Assembly: GCA_965218095.1 (NCBI GenBank)
Contig: OZ244587.1
Span: 288,001-352,000, forward strand
Reading direction: 5' to 3'
Source of the DNA: Candidatus Poribacteria bacterium
GTDB taxonomy: Bacteria > Poribacteria > WGA-4E > PCPOR2b
DNA length: 64,000 bases
Shown here: positions 51,916 through 61,954 of the stretch, in pieces
How the letters are laid out: each line of letters starts with the position of its first letter
How positions within the stretch are numbered: the first letter of the stretch is position 1
Program-made: the position numbers and the translations under genes
The notes under the pieces: generated by a model
What the model was told of the DNA's origin: nothing
Database searches by the model: none
What the model saw: only the letters and a program-made list of their open reading frames with translations

Positions 51916-51974
51916 AAAAAGAGCCCCATGCATGATGCACAGGGCTAAGACGCTGACAGAATAGAACACTACTT
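51916..51974 (-). repeat. 59-bp exact direct repeat, copy 1 (Lys codon + TAG + terminator of a minus-strand gene)
   Basis: Identical to 58758-58816; contains AGCCCTGTGCAT-C-ATGCATGGGGCT-CTTTTT on the minus strand. Confidence 0.92.
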
Positions 51975-53041
51975 CAGAATGATTAGCTTCTTCGTCGCGG
52001 CAAAGTCCCCAGCTTGCAGGTGGTAGAAATAGATTCCGCTGGAAACCGGCTCACCTGTGTCATTGCGACCATCCCAGTAAATCGCCTGCTCCTTGGAATC
52101 ATACACAGTGGCAGGCTGATGTCCGACTTTGAACGTGCGGACAACCTGACCCATCAGGTCAGAGATGGTCAACGTGACTGAAGCATCTTCTGCCAACCGA
52201 TACGGAATCTACGTCTCGGGATTGAAAGGATTGGGGAAGTTTTGAAGCAGCGCCGTCCGTTTGACCTGACCTAACGTGGTTGCCGTCAATGCAGACAACT
52301 CGACAGCAAGGGCAAGATCACCGGTCGCATCATAGACATAGGCTGAGCCGGCAGCATCATCGTCCAAAGTCGTCCCGATGATGGCGGAGTTTCTGCTGAT
52401 AGAGACGGAACCGCCGAACCTGTCCCCTGCCGCCGCGTTGCTGGCAGTTACCTTTGCCCTCTCAATCCAGGATGTGCCGCTGCGTAAAAAGGAATAGGCT
52501 GCGCCGGAATTGCTTCCGTTCTCATCGTGCCGATAGGCTCCGACGAGGGCGGCAATGTTTCCGCTGCTGCCGGTGATGGATACGGAAATTCCGAAGTCGT
52601 CACCTTTGCCGCATCACTGGCAGTGAGCTTTGCCTGCTCTTTCCAACTACTCCCGCTACGCGCGAAGACATACGCCGAGCCGACGTCCGGACGTCCAGCG
52701 TCATCATCATCTTGAGGCATCCCGGCGATGACAGTGTCCCCGCTGATGGCGACGGAACGGCCGTAGAAGTCACCTCCCTCTCCATCCTTGGTAGTGAGCT
52801 TCGCCTGCTCGGTCCAAATCCCCTCACTGCACACAAAGATATAGGCCGAACCGGACCGATCTCCGTCATCATCGTTACCCGGCGCCCCGACGATGGCATA
52901 GTCCCCGCTGATGGAGACCGAAGTGCTGAAGTTGTCATCTGCTGCCTTGTCGCCGGCGGTCAGTTTGACCTCCTCGGCGTGGGTTGTGGTTGCTTGGCAA
53001 ATCAGCAACATAGCAAGAAACAACATCAATAGCTTTTTCAT
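51969..53041 (-). pseudogene. Secreted FG-GAP repeat protein with a FlgD-Ig/T9SS-like C-terminal tail, disrupted
   Basis: Signal peptide; SVSISGD.AIVGAP..D....GSAY repeats; frameshift near 52600; LLQNFPNPFNPET*IPY with TAG at 52211-52209. Confidence 0.88.
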
Positions 53042-53473
53042 CAGTTCGCTCCTTTGAGTTCCTTCCTCGCGTTGGATAGGTTGGAGAATTGCCGTTTGAC
53101 AGAGCCATTATAGCAGAAAATCAAACTGTTGTCACCATCAAAAATGCTGCTTTTCAAACCCGACTGCCCAACCGTGATAGAAATACCTCTAAAACACCCT
53201 TAGAAGCCCTGTGAGAGAATTATCGGTTAGTTCGATATAAGGTAGGAAGCCACATGTGAGCGAGTGTATGAGGAAGTCGGAAAGTAAGAGAGTGGACAGG
53301 TGAGCAGAAGGAGTGTACCACTTGTCCTTACTTCCTCGTCTTCTCGCCATCTCACTTTCTCCCCCGCCTCCTCGTTTCCCCAACATGGGGACAGATCAAA
53401 GCGCGGCTGAAGTGATTGGGTGATGGCATGCTGAGTGCTCAGGCGTCCTCGCTTGAGTTTGCTATACACACGA

Positions 53474-54565
53474 TCAGAAGCGAATGAGTCCGCGTGCAAC
53501 CTCCCCATTGAGCATGTCACTGAACGCATCATTCACTTCTTCTAACTGATAGGTTCGGGTAATCAGTTCATCTAACTTGAGCGTCCCAGCACGGTAGAGT
53601 GCAAGCAGGCGTAGCATATCATAGCGAGGGCGTGCCGAACCGTAGTTGCTGCCCATTATCGTTTTTTCGCCCCAAAAGACAATGCCTGCATCAAGGGACA
53701 GCGGTTCGAGAGGTGGGGCGCCAACCCAGATTGCCTTCCCTCGATTTCGTATCGCACGCACCGTTTGTTCGTAGGTTATGCGTGTACCAATCGCCTCAAA
53801 GGCATAATCCGCGCCCAATCCATCCGTCAAGGATTGGATCTCCGGAATCGGATCCACGTCGCTAGCGTTGATGGTATGTGTGGCGCCAAACTGACGCGCC
53901 ATTTCCAGCTTTGAGTCCATCAGATCGACTGCGATAATTCTCTCTGCTCCAGCGATGACAGCCCCCTGGATCACGTTTAAGCCGATGCCGCCGGCACCGA
54001 AAAGGACGACACTGCTCCCCGGCCGTACTTGAGCGGTATTGGTTGCCGCACAAACCCCCGTTGTGACGCTACAACCAATCAGCGCAGCCTTATCCAGCGG
54101 AATGTCCTTATCGATGGGAATGGCGCATTCTTGGGGAATCACGCTGTACTCGGCGAAGGAAGCCACCATTCCAAAATGGTGGATGGACACCCCATTCTTT
54201 TTGTAACGTGTCGTACCATCAGGAAGGCATCCGGGTCCACCCTGTCTCGACGCCAGGCAGAGGTTGGAATAGCCCTGCGTGCAGTAGATACAGTGGCCGC
54301 ATGACGGGACCCACGAAAGAATCACATGATCGCCTGGTTTCACTAAAGTGACGCCTGCGCCGACTTCCTCAACAACACCCGCGCCTTCATCCCCCAACAC
54401 CACGGGGAACGGGACGCTCAACATGCCGGTGACTGCGTGGTAGCAGCTGTGACAAACGCCGGTCGCCGCAACCTTGACGACGACTTCCCCTACTTTAGGA
54501 GCTTCCATCTCAATATCTTCGACGACAACCGGTTGGTTCAATTCATATAAAACAGCAGCTTTCAC
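53474..54565 (-). CDS. Zn-dependent alcohol dehydrogenase (class III-like)
   Basis: GVCHS, GDEGAG (Asp where GHEGAG usually has His), CGHCIYC...C, GAGGIG. Confidence 0.93.
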   Translation of the reverse strand: MKAAVLYELNQPVVVEDIEMEAPKVGEVVVKVAATGVCHSCYHAVTGMLSVPFPVVLGDEGAGVVEEVGAGVTLVKPGDHVILSWVPSCGHCIYCTQGYSNLCLASRQGGPGCLPDGTTRYKKNGVSIHHFGMVASFAEYSVIPQECAIPIDKDIPLDKAALIGCSVTTGVCAATNTAQVRPGSSVVLFGAGGIGLNVIQGAVIAGAERIIAVDLMDSKLEMARQFGATHTINASDVDPIPEIQSLTDGLGADYAFEAIGTRITYEQTVRAIRNRGKAIWVGAPPLEPLSLDAGIVFWGEKTIMGSNYGSARPRYDMLRLLALYRAGTLKLDELITRTYQLEEVNDAFSDMLNGEVARGLIRF

Positions 54566-54620
54566 AACTTTTCCTCCAATAGGTAATCGTTAAAAAATGC
54601 TCTGATTTTCTGGTTTAATT

Positions 54621-54818
54621 TTACTTTGGAACAAGCTTATCGCACAAGATGGCTATGATGACTCCCATTATGCAAGAAAACACAATCACTAGGATGAGCG
54701 CCTTTGGATCCTTTGAGAGCTCCATAATCATAAACGGCGCCGCTAGGAATAAGCCTACAAGCGGTCCTTTCACCCACACGGCAGTTCCCAAGTCAATGTA
54801 TTCACCTGTTTCTCCCAT
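54621..54818 (-). CDS. Small two-TM hypothetical protein or fragment
   Basis: 65-aa ORF with two hydrophobic stretches, downstream of an attC-like site. Confidence 0.4.
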   Translation of the reverse strand: MGETGEYIDLGTAVWVKGPLVGLFLAAPFMIMELSKDPKALILVIVFSCIMGVIIAILCDKLVPK

Positions 54819-54840
54819 GTGCGAAAAGATTGTTTAGTCC

Positions 54841-54966
54841 CGCCAAAAAAATCAGTTACGGCGGGGATTTTGCCGAAGCACGTCCGCCCCACCAAAACCC
54901 GCCATTTGCCTGTTGATGTTCAAAAAACCGAAGGTCCCTGCCGTCAACTACAACGGTTTGTTAGGA
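54841..54966 (-). other. attC-like integron cassette recombination site (far end degenerate)
   Basis: Minus strand TCCTAAC-AAACC-GTTGTAGTTGACGGCAGGGA...TCCCCGCCGTAACTGA, an imperfect stem with one extra base. Confidence 0.6.
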
Positions 54967-55006
54967 TCGCAATCCTGTTGAGCTTCGTGCCTCAGTCCAG
55001 CTCATT

Positions 55007-56104
55007 TTATCGTTTGTAGTCATTGACAGCCGCCAATGCTTCAGGTGTACCAATCCTTATCAAGGACTCAAGTACTTGGTTGTAAACCCAGTCGCTCTCA
55101 TCATCAAGTGCTTCTATCAGAGCTGGTACCGCATTATGAGCAGGTTCGCCAATCCGTCCCAACGTGAGAGCGGCTTCATAACGAACAGGCGGATTCTCAT
55201 CGCGTAACGCCTCAATCAACGCTGGCACAACATCATCAATCCATTCGCCTATTTCTCCAAATTCGCTTATTTCTCCAAAGCTCCAAGCGATTGCCACACG
55301 AAATCTCGGACTCTCATCGTTCAATGACTCAATCAATGTGGGAATAATCGTATCGGTTGGTTGACCAATCTCAGCCAGTGCGTAAACAGCCTCCAGACGA
55401 ACGTCCTCATCTTCGTCGTTCAACGCCCCAATCAATGAGGGGACAGCCGCTTGCGCCGATTCGCCAATCCAACGCAAGGCATGCGCGGCTTCACGACGAA
55501 CGACCGGATTCTCATCGTTCAGTGCATCAATCGCGGCTGGAACAGCAGGTTCTCCCACTGTACCAAAGGCAGCAACAGCGTCGTAACGAATCGCCTCATT
55601 CTCATGCCGCAATGCTTCATTTAATACGGTAATCGTCGCAGGCATCGTGGATGGCTGCCCGATGCTTCCTAAAGCGTGAGCAGCACGGAGACGAACTTCG
55701 ATTTGAGCATGGGTCAAAAGTTCGACCAACGGAGGCACGGCAGGTTGACCGATTTGAGCGAGTACGCTTATCGCGGCAGAGGGTATATAATCAACATATA
55801 ACCGAAAAGGCGGATTTGGGCTGACGTGGGGTGGTGGTGTGAATTCACCAGCGAGGGCACCGATCAACGTAGGCACCGCTGGCTCACCAATGTCAATCAA
55901 TCTCTCCGCTGCTTGGGTAGCCGGGTGATTTGTCACTCGCGCGAGTGTATCATATCCAAGCTCCGTAACGAGTCGCTGAATTTCCTCATCTAACGACTCG
56001 CCTTCATCAAACTCACAACCAACCGTCAAAATGACAAGACACAGAACCGCCACGGAGATTTTGCGAATGCTTTTGCCGAAAACGAAACCCATTGACGTTA
56101 TCAT
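55007..56104 (-). CDS. HEAT/PBS-lyase repeat lipoprotein
   Basis: TVGC lipobox; repeated VP.LIEAL.DE...VR..AA.ALG.IG. Confidence 0.92.
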   Translation of the reverse strand: MITSMGFVFGKSIRKISVAVLCLVILTVGCEFDEGESLDEEIQRLVTELGYDTLARVTNHPATQAAERLIDIGEPAVPTLIGALAGEFTPPPHVSPNPPFRLYVDYIPSAAISVLAQIGQPAVPPLVELLTHAQIEVRLRAAHALGSIGQPSTMPATITVLNEALRHENEAIRYDAVAAFGTVGEPAVPAAIDALNDENPVVRREAAHALRWIGESAQAAVPSLIGALNDEDEDVRLEAVYALAEIGQPTDTIIPTLIESLNDESPRFRVAIAWSFGEISEFGEIGEWIDDVVPALIEALRDENPPVRYEAALTLGRIGEPAHNAVPALIEALDDESDWVYNQVLESLIRIGTPEALAAVNDYKR

Positions 56105-56142
56105 TTATCCAATCTCCACGATCTGCCATTTTCCAGCTATTG

Positions 56143-56234
56143 TCCTAACGACCAAGTTCAGTTGTCCGTTGCACGGACGAGCGTCAGCCGCCGTGCCGAA
56201 GGCAGCCAGTCGTCAACTCCCGCGCCGTTGAGGC
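56143..56234 (-). other. attC-like site upstream of the HEAT gene
   Basis: Minus strand ...GAGTTGACG...CAACTGAACTTGGTC-GTTAGGA; the core is complementary to TCCTAAC after the gene. Confidence 0.55.
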
Positions 56235-56809
56235 GGATCCGAGCGCAGCAAGCAGACGCTGCCTCAACTCTTGATTAGACTGCATTTTTGCAGCCTAATC
56301 CCTGATTTTACGATGAGATCGTTGAAACTTTTCTGGCGAGTTGTCTTTGTGGGACGCAGATTCACGCAGATACCCGCAGATAAAAACGGATGCCTCCATT
56401 TGACTACAATCTCACACGAGCCCTTGAGGGTAGGCAATTGTACTTGTGCTGTTTTGTCTCCGTACGGCGAGGCATATGCCATCGCCCCGATTTTCTGCAA
56501 ATCAGCGTTTATCTGCATCCTGACTCTTTCAAAAAGTTTCAATCAGTTCGATATTATACGGCATTTTTGCCGTATAATGTCAGATAAACATACCTTTAAT
56601 CCCATAAAGCGACGTTCGGTCACACGACCTTACTAACATTTTAACATTTCCAGTCAAGTCAATACCAACAAATCAAACAACGAAAATCTGACTTTCTGTT
56701 CCATTTGTCAGATTTCCAAAGCAAAGCCAGACCATTACTGGATTGTATCAACTTTTGTTATCTCCGCTTGAAACGGAATACTGCATCCTGTGAAGGTATC
56801 CCCCTGCAT

Positions 56810-58747
56810 CTACCTTGAGCTGCCAAAGAAGATACGCATATGGATAATGTCGCCGACAATCGTCCAGAAACCTCCAACCATATACCCTCCCAAAATCAAC
56901 TCAAGAAAGAACGGCCGTGCTTGTCGGTGCAGCTTGAGCCCGCCGTATTTGAGGACAACCCACTTGGCGATAAAGCCGATAAAAACAGAGAACCAGAAGA
57001 TGTTGATGTCGTGACTATTTGAAATGGCATACCCTACCGGGTGAAACGGAAACCATAGAAATAGCCTTCGCATGACAGTGAAGAAGAGGACAACCACAAA
57101 GCCAACACCTACAGCCCCTGCCCCGGTATAGTCAAATTCAGACGGATGAAGCATCCAGTTCTGCAAGCGAATATACCCGGCGCTTGCAAACCGCTCAAGA
57201 GAGCTGCCTCCGGAGTCGAAAGCGATATGCAAATAGACCCAGAAGAAGCTGACCATTCCTATAATCAAAGCGACGGTCATCGCAAAAACTAACCCACCAG
57301 TGCCTTTTCTCATTCGATTGGCCAGGGCGAACCCTTCGATTTGATGGGGCATCGGGTGAGCGCGATAGGTAAAGTTAAAGAAATTGAGCATCGTCAGCAC
57401 TGTCAAGTTCTGGGCGCCGAAACGACGAGAACCCAAAATATCGGGTAGCACCTGGTCGGGGCCGGTAAAAACAAAATCGTGAAACGGGGCACCGAATTCG
57501 GCTCGAATTCGCGTCACGCCAAGCGAGACAAGATAATAGAGCAGAAAAAAGGTGATACTAATCCAAACAGCGAGTCCCGCCTTCTAGAGAAAAAACGTCA
57601 AAAAGCAGATACCTCCAACGGTGCCGATGAACGCGGTTTTATAGCGCATCGGTTCATGAGAATCGTCCAGTATACTGCCGCCTAGCATCCTCTTAAAAAT
57701 CGCGGTGAGATGTCTCCGGTTTGACCAGAGCGCTACCGATACGATGCCCAGCAGCGCACCAAACGATTGCTGAATCTGAACAATGGAATAAGAGCCCGCA
57801 ACGAACTGAAACCCCATTGTCACGACAAGCATTTTCTGAATCTTCCAAAACCAATAGAAAATCCAGCAAGAAAAAGACATCTCTAACGGCATAAAGAACG
57901 ACAGCCCAACCATCGGGAGGATAATCCCAGTCGGTATCCCTCCTATCGCGTTCCATGGACTAGATGTGAAGTAGGCGCCCAGGTTATGATAGTAAGGGAT
58001 CCACTTAATGGATGGGATAGTCGGAAAAATCCAACCCAAACCATTGATCAGCGCAACCCCACCTGAAATGCCAACCCCAATCCACAATCCCCTATTCTTG
58101 AAGATTGCCAGCGTCGAATCTGTCATCTCCAAAGGGAGTTGAATAATCGGATAGGATAGCTTTTCGTTTTCAACCCATGCCCTTCTGACAATCACATTGA
58201 TACAAATCATCACAAAGACGAGTACCACGACGAAAGCAGACCACCACAGACAGGGCGCCAGCCAACTGTTAATATGTTTGTCGATGTAGAGGGTTGACTC
58301 CCCCTTATAATATTCATCCAGTACATGTTTGTCGCTCACCGAAAGCCATGACGGGATATGTCGCCAGAACAACTCTCTCCACTCATTTTCGGGTGTGGCG
58401 TGGCGGAAGGGGACCTCCATGATGGTCGTCAGGGTTTGCATCATCTGGAACGATTGAATCGCAGAGGTTAAGCTTAACATAACATAGACGGTTATCAATT
58501 CTCCCTGAGTCAGGGCAAGCTGGGGCGCGAATTTCCTCAAAGGGATGTTGAGAAGCAGGAGGACACCAATAATGAAGATAACATTAAAGAAAGGGGATAT
58601 AATTGTGGGAACGGATTGATACTGGTAGGGCTGTCGAGAAATGACCAGCCAATGGGCATCGATGGGGATTAAAATCAGCCCCAGCCATACCGCGCGCGCG
58701 GAAACGACTGATGGCAGAGAAACATCCGATGAGCGTTTTGGGTTCAT
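56810..58747 (-). pseudogene. DUF6785/DUF6784-like polytopic membrane protein (putative transporter) with one in-frame TAG
   Basis: GELITVYVML, W...EKLSYPI, TRIRAEFG, WFPFHPVGY. Both ORFs share a frame across TAG 57586-57584 (FFL*KAG). Confidence 0.8.
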
Positions 58748-58757
58748 ATCTTCCGAC

Positions 58758-58816
58758 AAAAAGAGCCCCATGCATGATGCACAGGGCTAAGACGCTGACA
58801 GAATAGAACACTACTT
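58758..58816 (-). repeat. 59-bp exact direct repeat, copy 2; probable original stop and terminator of the WD40 gene
   Basis: Identical to 51916-51974; ends exactly at the left boundary of the DUF1670 element. Confidence 0.92.
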
Positions 58817-59637
58817 ATAGTTTGTATCAAATGACCCCATGAGCTAAACTAAAAGGAGATGGTATTGCCATCAACTACAATCCACTCATGGAGGTCAATA
58901 TGAAACCACAAAGCAATACAGCCTACGGTATCAACCGTCTACAATCAAAGACCGCAAGGGCAGCCATCATTCAGAAGATTTCATCAGACTTTAATCTAAT
59001 GCCACTGATTGCCGAAGCCTACTATAAACAGATTGCTTCCTACTTTGCTCAACATGCCGAAATTGAACTCACGTCAGGCCAAATCTGCTATGAGGCAGTC
59101 GCAGCCGATGAACCGGCAGGCAAACATATCGCGTTAGCGAAAAAAGTCTCATGTCAACTCACTCTCAATGATGTCCAAACTGACCTTGAGATGTTAGCCG
59201 ATTATGGGCTTTCTGGACTCAGACGCCATCGAATTCTCCGATTAACCAAACAAGCCTATGACCAAGATGCCCTGCTCAGCTATGAAGATTTAGCGGTGCT
59301 ATTAACCACCAGTCCAGCGACCGTCAAGCGCGACATTCGACAGTTGAAACAGGACGGTTACTTTGTTATGACTCGCGGTGCCAAACATGACATGGGGCCT
59401 GGCATCTCTCATAAGACTCAGATTCTGGAATTGTACTTCAAAGGGTATCAGTTCACTGAAATTGAGCAAAAGACTAATCATACCCAACGAGCGGTCTGGC
59501 GATACTTGCGCGATTTCACACAGGTAGCAAGCCTCCATCATCAAGGCTTTCCAAAGGGACAGATACGGCTCATTACGCATCTATCGGACCGACTAATTCG
59601 GGAGTATCTCTTGCTATATGATGAGTACCAACTATAT

Positions 59638-60746
59638 GAGGGGTGTGCATAAATATAGTTGACATAATCAAGCCAAAAGGGTTTCCTATTGTTATCATAG
59701 CAAAAGGAGCCCCAATATGGTACAAAGACCAATGTTGGCTGATTATGTCACTCTTATTATGCAACTCTTTGAGCAGTTTATGCAACACCGTATTGACAAA
59801 CCAGGTGTCACACACGCAAAACCATTGACATATTCAACCACCTCGTTTATCATTTTCTTCATGTTGATGCAGTTTCACGGCATCTATGGCTTCAAAACGC
59901 AATGGCGGTGGCTAATCAATCACCCAGAAGTGTTACAAATGCTGGGGTGGCAACAGCCCCCTCATCGAACCACGATTGCACGTCGCTATAAGGCATTATA
60001 TGAAGTGATAGAGGTATTTGTATTGTTTATCGGTCAGTATGCCACTGACTTGTCCCAACAATTCAACTTGGCTCATCTGGTAGCCGACAAAAGTTTATTT
60101 AAGGCACGAGGACCCGTCTGGCATCAAACTGACCGCAAAGCAGGAAAAGCACCTAAACATCTACGCAACCTCGACACCGATGCCACGTGGAGCAAGAGTG
60201 GTTATCATGGCTGGGTCTATGGCTACGGACTTCACATTATCTGCACACAAGGTGCGTTCCCAACACTGATAACTGTGCACCGTGCGTCGGTCTCCGAAAG
60301 TTGGGCGATAGATGCTAAAGCGTCTGAGATTCTGACACAACTTTCACCGCAGACACTCACTGCCGATGATGCCTATACCCAAGCAGACCGTATCCGTCGT
60401 TGGGCGAAGGCACAAGTCGCTTTGATTACCCCGGCACTTAGATGGACAAAGGGACGGTTTGCCAAGGCGTATCATCGATTTATCAACCAACCCAAGCAGC
60501 GTCTCTGTTTAAGCAAACGTCGCAGTTCGGTTGAACCGTTGTTTGACTTGATTGCTAAAGTGATAGGCACCACTCCTCAACAGAAGCAGTTACCGGTCAA
60601 GGGGTTTTTCAATGTACGCTGTTGTTTAGCTATCGGGGTGTTATCAGTGCAAGTGGCTATGATTGCCAATGCCATATGGAAGTTACCTGCTCGCAATATC
60701 TCTCATATGGCGGCTGTTTTCCAATGAACTACTATGCACACCCCTC
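59638..60746 (+). mobile_element. DDE insertion sequence (IS982/IS5-like), 1109 bp
   Basis: 14-bp perfect IR GAGGGGTGTGCATA/TATGCACACCCCTC; 8-bp target duplication AACTATAT (59630-59637, 60747-60754). Confidence 0.92.
59717..60727 (+). CDS. DDE transposase
   Basis: VADKS, DTDATWSKS...WVYGYGLH, TADDAY, RRSSVEPLF. Confidence 0.9.
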   Translation: MVQRPMLADYVTLIMQLFEQFMQHRIDKPGVTHAKPLTYSTTSFIIFFMLMQFHGIYGFKTQWRWLINHPEVLQMLGWQQPPHRTTIARRYKALYEVIEVFVLFIGQYATDLSQQFNLAHLVADKSLFKARGPVWHQTDRKAGKAPKHLRNLDTDATWSKSGYHGWVYGYGLHIICTQGAFPTLITVHRASVSESWAIDAKASEILTQLSPQTLTADDAYTQADRIRRWAKAQVALITPALRWTKGRFAKAYHRFINQPKQRLCLSKRRSSVEPLFDLIAKVIGTTPQQKQLPVKGFFNVRCCLAIGVLSVQVAMIANAIWKLPARNISHMAAVFQ

Positions 60747-60831
60747 AACTATATGATGAGTACCAACAAACACAACGAATGACTCAACTCCTTCACCCGG
60801 AACCGGTTGATGCGGAAAAGGGGAACCCCTC

Positions 60832-61724
60832 ATGAGTAAACCCTTGACTCGAACCGAAGTCAACGAGAAGAAATTCAGACGCCTCAATGATAAATCCCTG
60901 CAATAGCTACTAATTCATCGCTTTATCAATTCTTACGGTTATGACAAAGGAGAAGTCACGGCGGCTGTCATTGTTGATGACATTGTCAAAACCATTGAAG
61001 GCTATTTCTTGATTGCCCTCCCCCTTGAGAAACTCGCCACAGGAGACCAAATCCCTAATCAGCGAATGCTCAGTTATGGGCAATTGGTCTGGATGGCTGT
61101 GCCGATTGATGAATACCCACAAAAAGGGAAGTCAATCGTCAAAACCGCTATGAAGCTGGTTGTTCTGACCTACCTCGCTTCTGAGGATATTGAATCCTTT
61201 CGCAACGGTTTTACTTCCCGGCAACTCAGAATCAATTGATTAGTCCGATGGTGTTATCAAGCCTATGACCAAGGCGCATTATTGACCCAACTCGACCTAG
61301 CTGTGTTGCTCAATATCTGTGATGCCATCGTCAGCGACTATGTCAATGAGTGGCAAAAAAATAGTGGAAAACTCTTGCCCACCCGGGGCAATATCCATGA
61401 TTTATCGGGAGCGATTACCCACAAGAAAGAGATTGTTACCCTCTATCTCCAAGGGCATCTGCTGCCAAAACCAGCCACTCTAAAGAAGCGGTTGACCGGT
61501 ACATTCGCGATTATGAGTCCGTTAAGACGGTTCGTGCCGCTACGGAGGATATTGACAAAATCTCTCAGATTACCCGGCTCTCCAAACGCGTCATCTCTCA
61601 ATATCTTGACCTGATTCCTCAACATTCGCTTGATGACATGGACGCTAACTTAGCAACCGAATCAGAAAGCTGTAAAGATGCCAACACCCTGTTCCGTTCC
61701 GAACCTACAGGAGACCCCCAATGA
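60832..61724 (+). pseudogene. DUF1670 protein 2, decayed
   Basis: ATGA-coupled to gene 1; GQLVWMAV, QAYDQGALLTQLDLAVLL, PTRGNIHD...ITHK, HSKEAVDRYIRDY; stops at 60904 and 61237; frameshift near 61460. Confidence 0.85.
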
Positions 61725-61791
61725 TAAAATCGGACAAACGTTGCTTAGCGTTTTGCCCAACAAAACATCGTAATTTTACTTGAAGATTGGT

Positions 61792-61820
61792 TTGACACCC
61801 GCTATCTTTTTTGCTATACT
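61792..61820 (+). promoter_or_regulatory. Strong sigma70 promoter inside the element, facing its right end
   Basis: TTGACA (61792-61797), 17 bp ending in TGC, TATACT (61815-61820); no ORF follows within the element. Confidence 0.8.
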
Positions 61821-61823
61821 TCG

Positions 61824-61954
61824 TTACGCTTATATCCAAGCGTATCCATTTCTCGAAGGAGATGCGAGTTCACCCAATCCAACCCGCTCATGGGTGATGG
61901 CTGGAAGGCAATAGACATCAGCATTCCAACCATCATCTGGTCATTTGATACTAT
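61824..61954 (+). ncRNA. Candidate structured non-coding RNA of the DUF1670 element
   Basis: Consecutive stems downstream of the promoter: TACGCTT/AAGCGTA, TCTC/GAGA, CACCCA/TGGGTG, GATGG-C-TGGAA/TTCCA-A-CCATC. Transcription is inferred only. Confidence 0.5.

Larger units (their letters stand above)
58900..60835 (+). pseudogene. DUF1670 protein 1, interrupted near its 3' end by an IS
   Basis: QAYDQDALLSYEDLAVLLTTSPATVKRDI, TRG..HDMGPGISHK, HT..AV.RYLRDF; the frame resumes after 60754 and ends at TGA 60833-60835; GGAGG RBS. Confidence 0.85.
58817..61954 (+). mobile_element. DUF1670-encoding insertion element with sub-terminal inverted repeats
   Basis: GTATCAAATGACC (58824-58836) and GGTCATTTGATAC (61939-61951); TT on both flanks; removing the element restores ...ATC TTG AAG TAG plus the terminator. 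Confidence 0.85.

Noticed and set aside
59717-60727. DDE transposase as the mobiliser of the DUF1670 element
   Set aside because: It has its own 14-bp IRs and 8-bp duplication and interrupts DUF1670 gene 1, so it is a later nested insertion.
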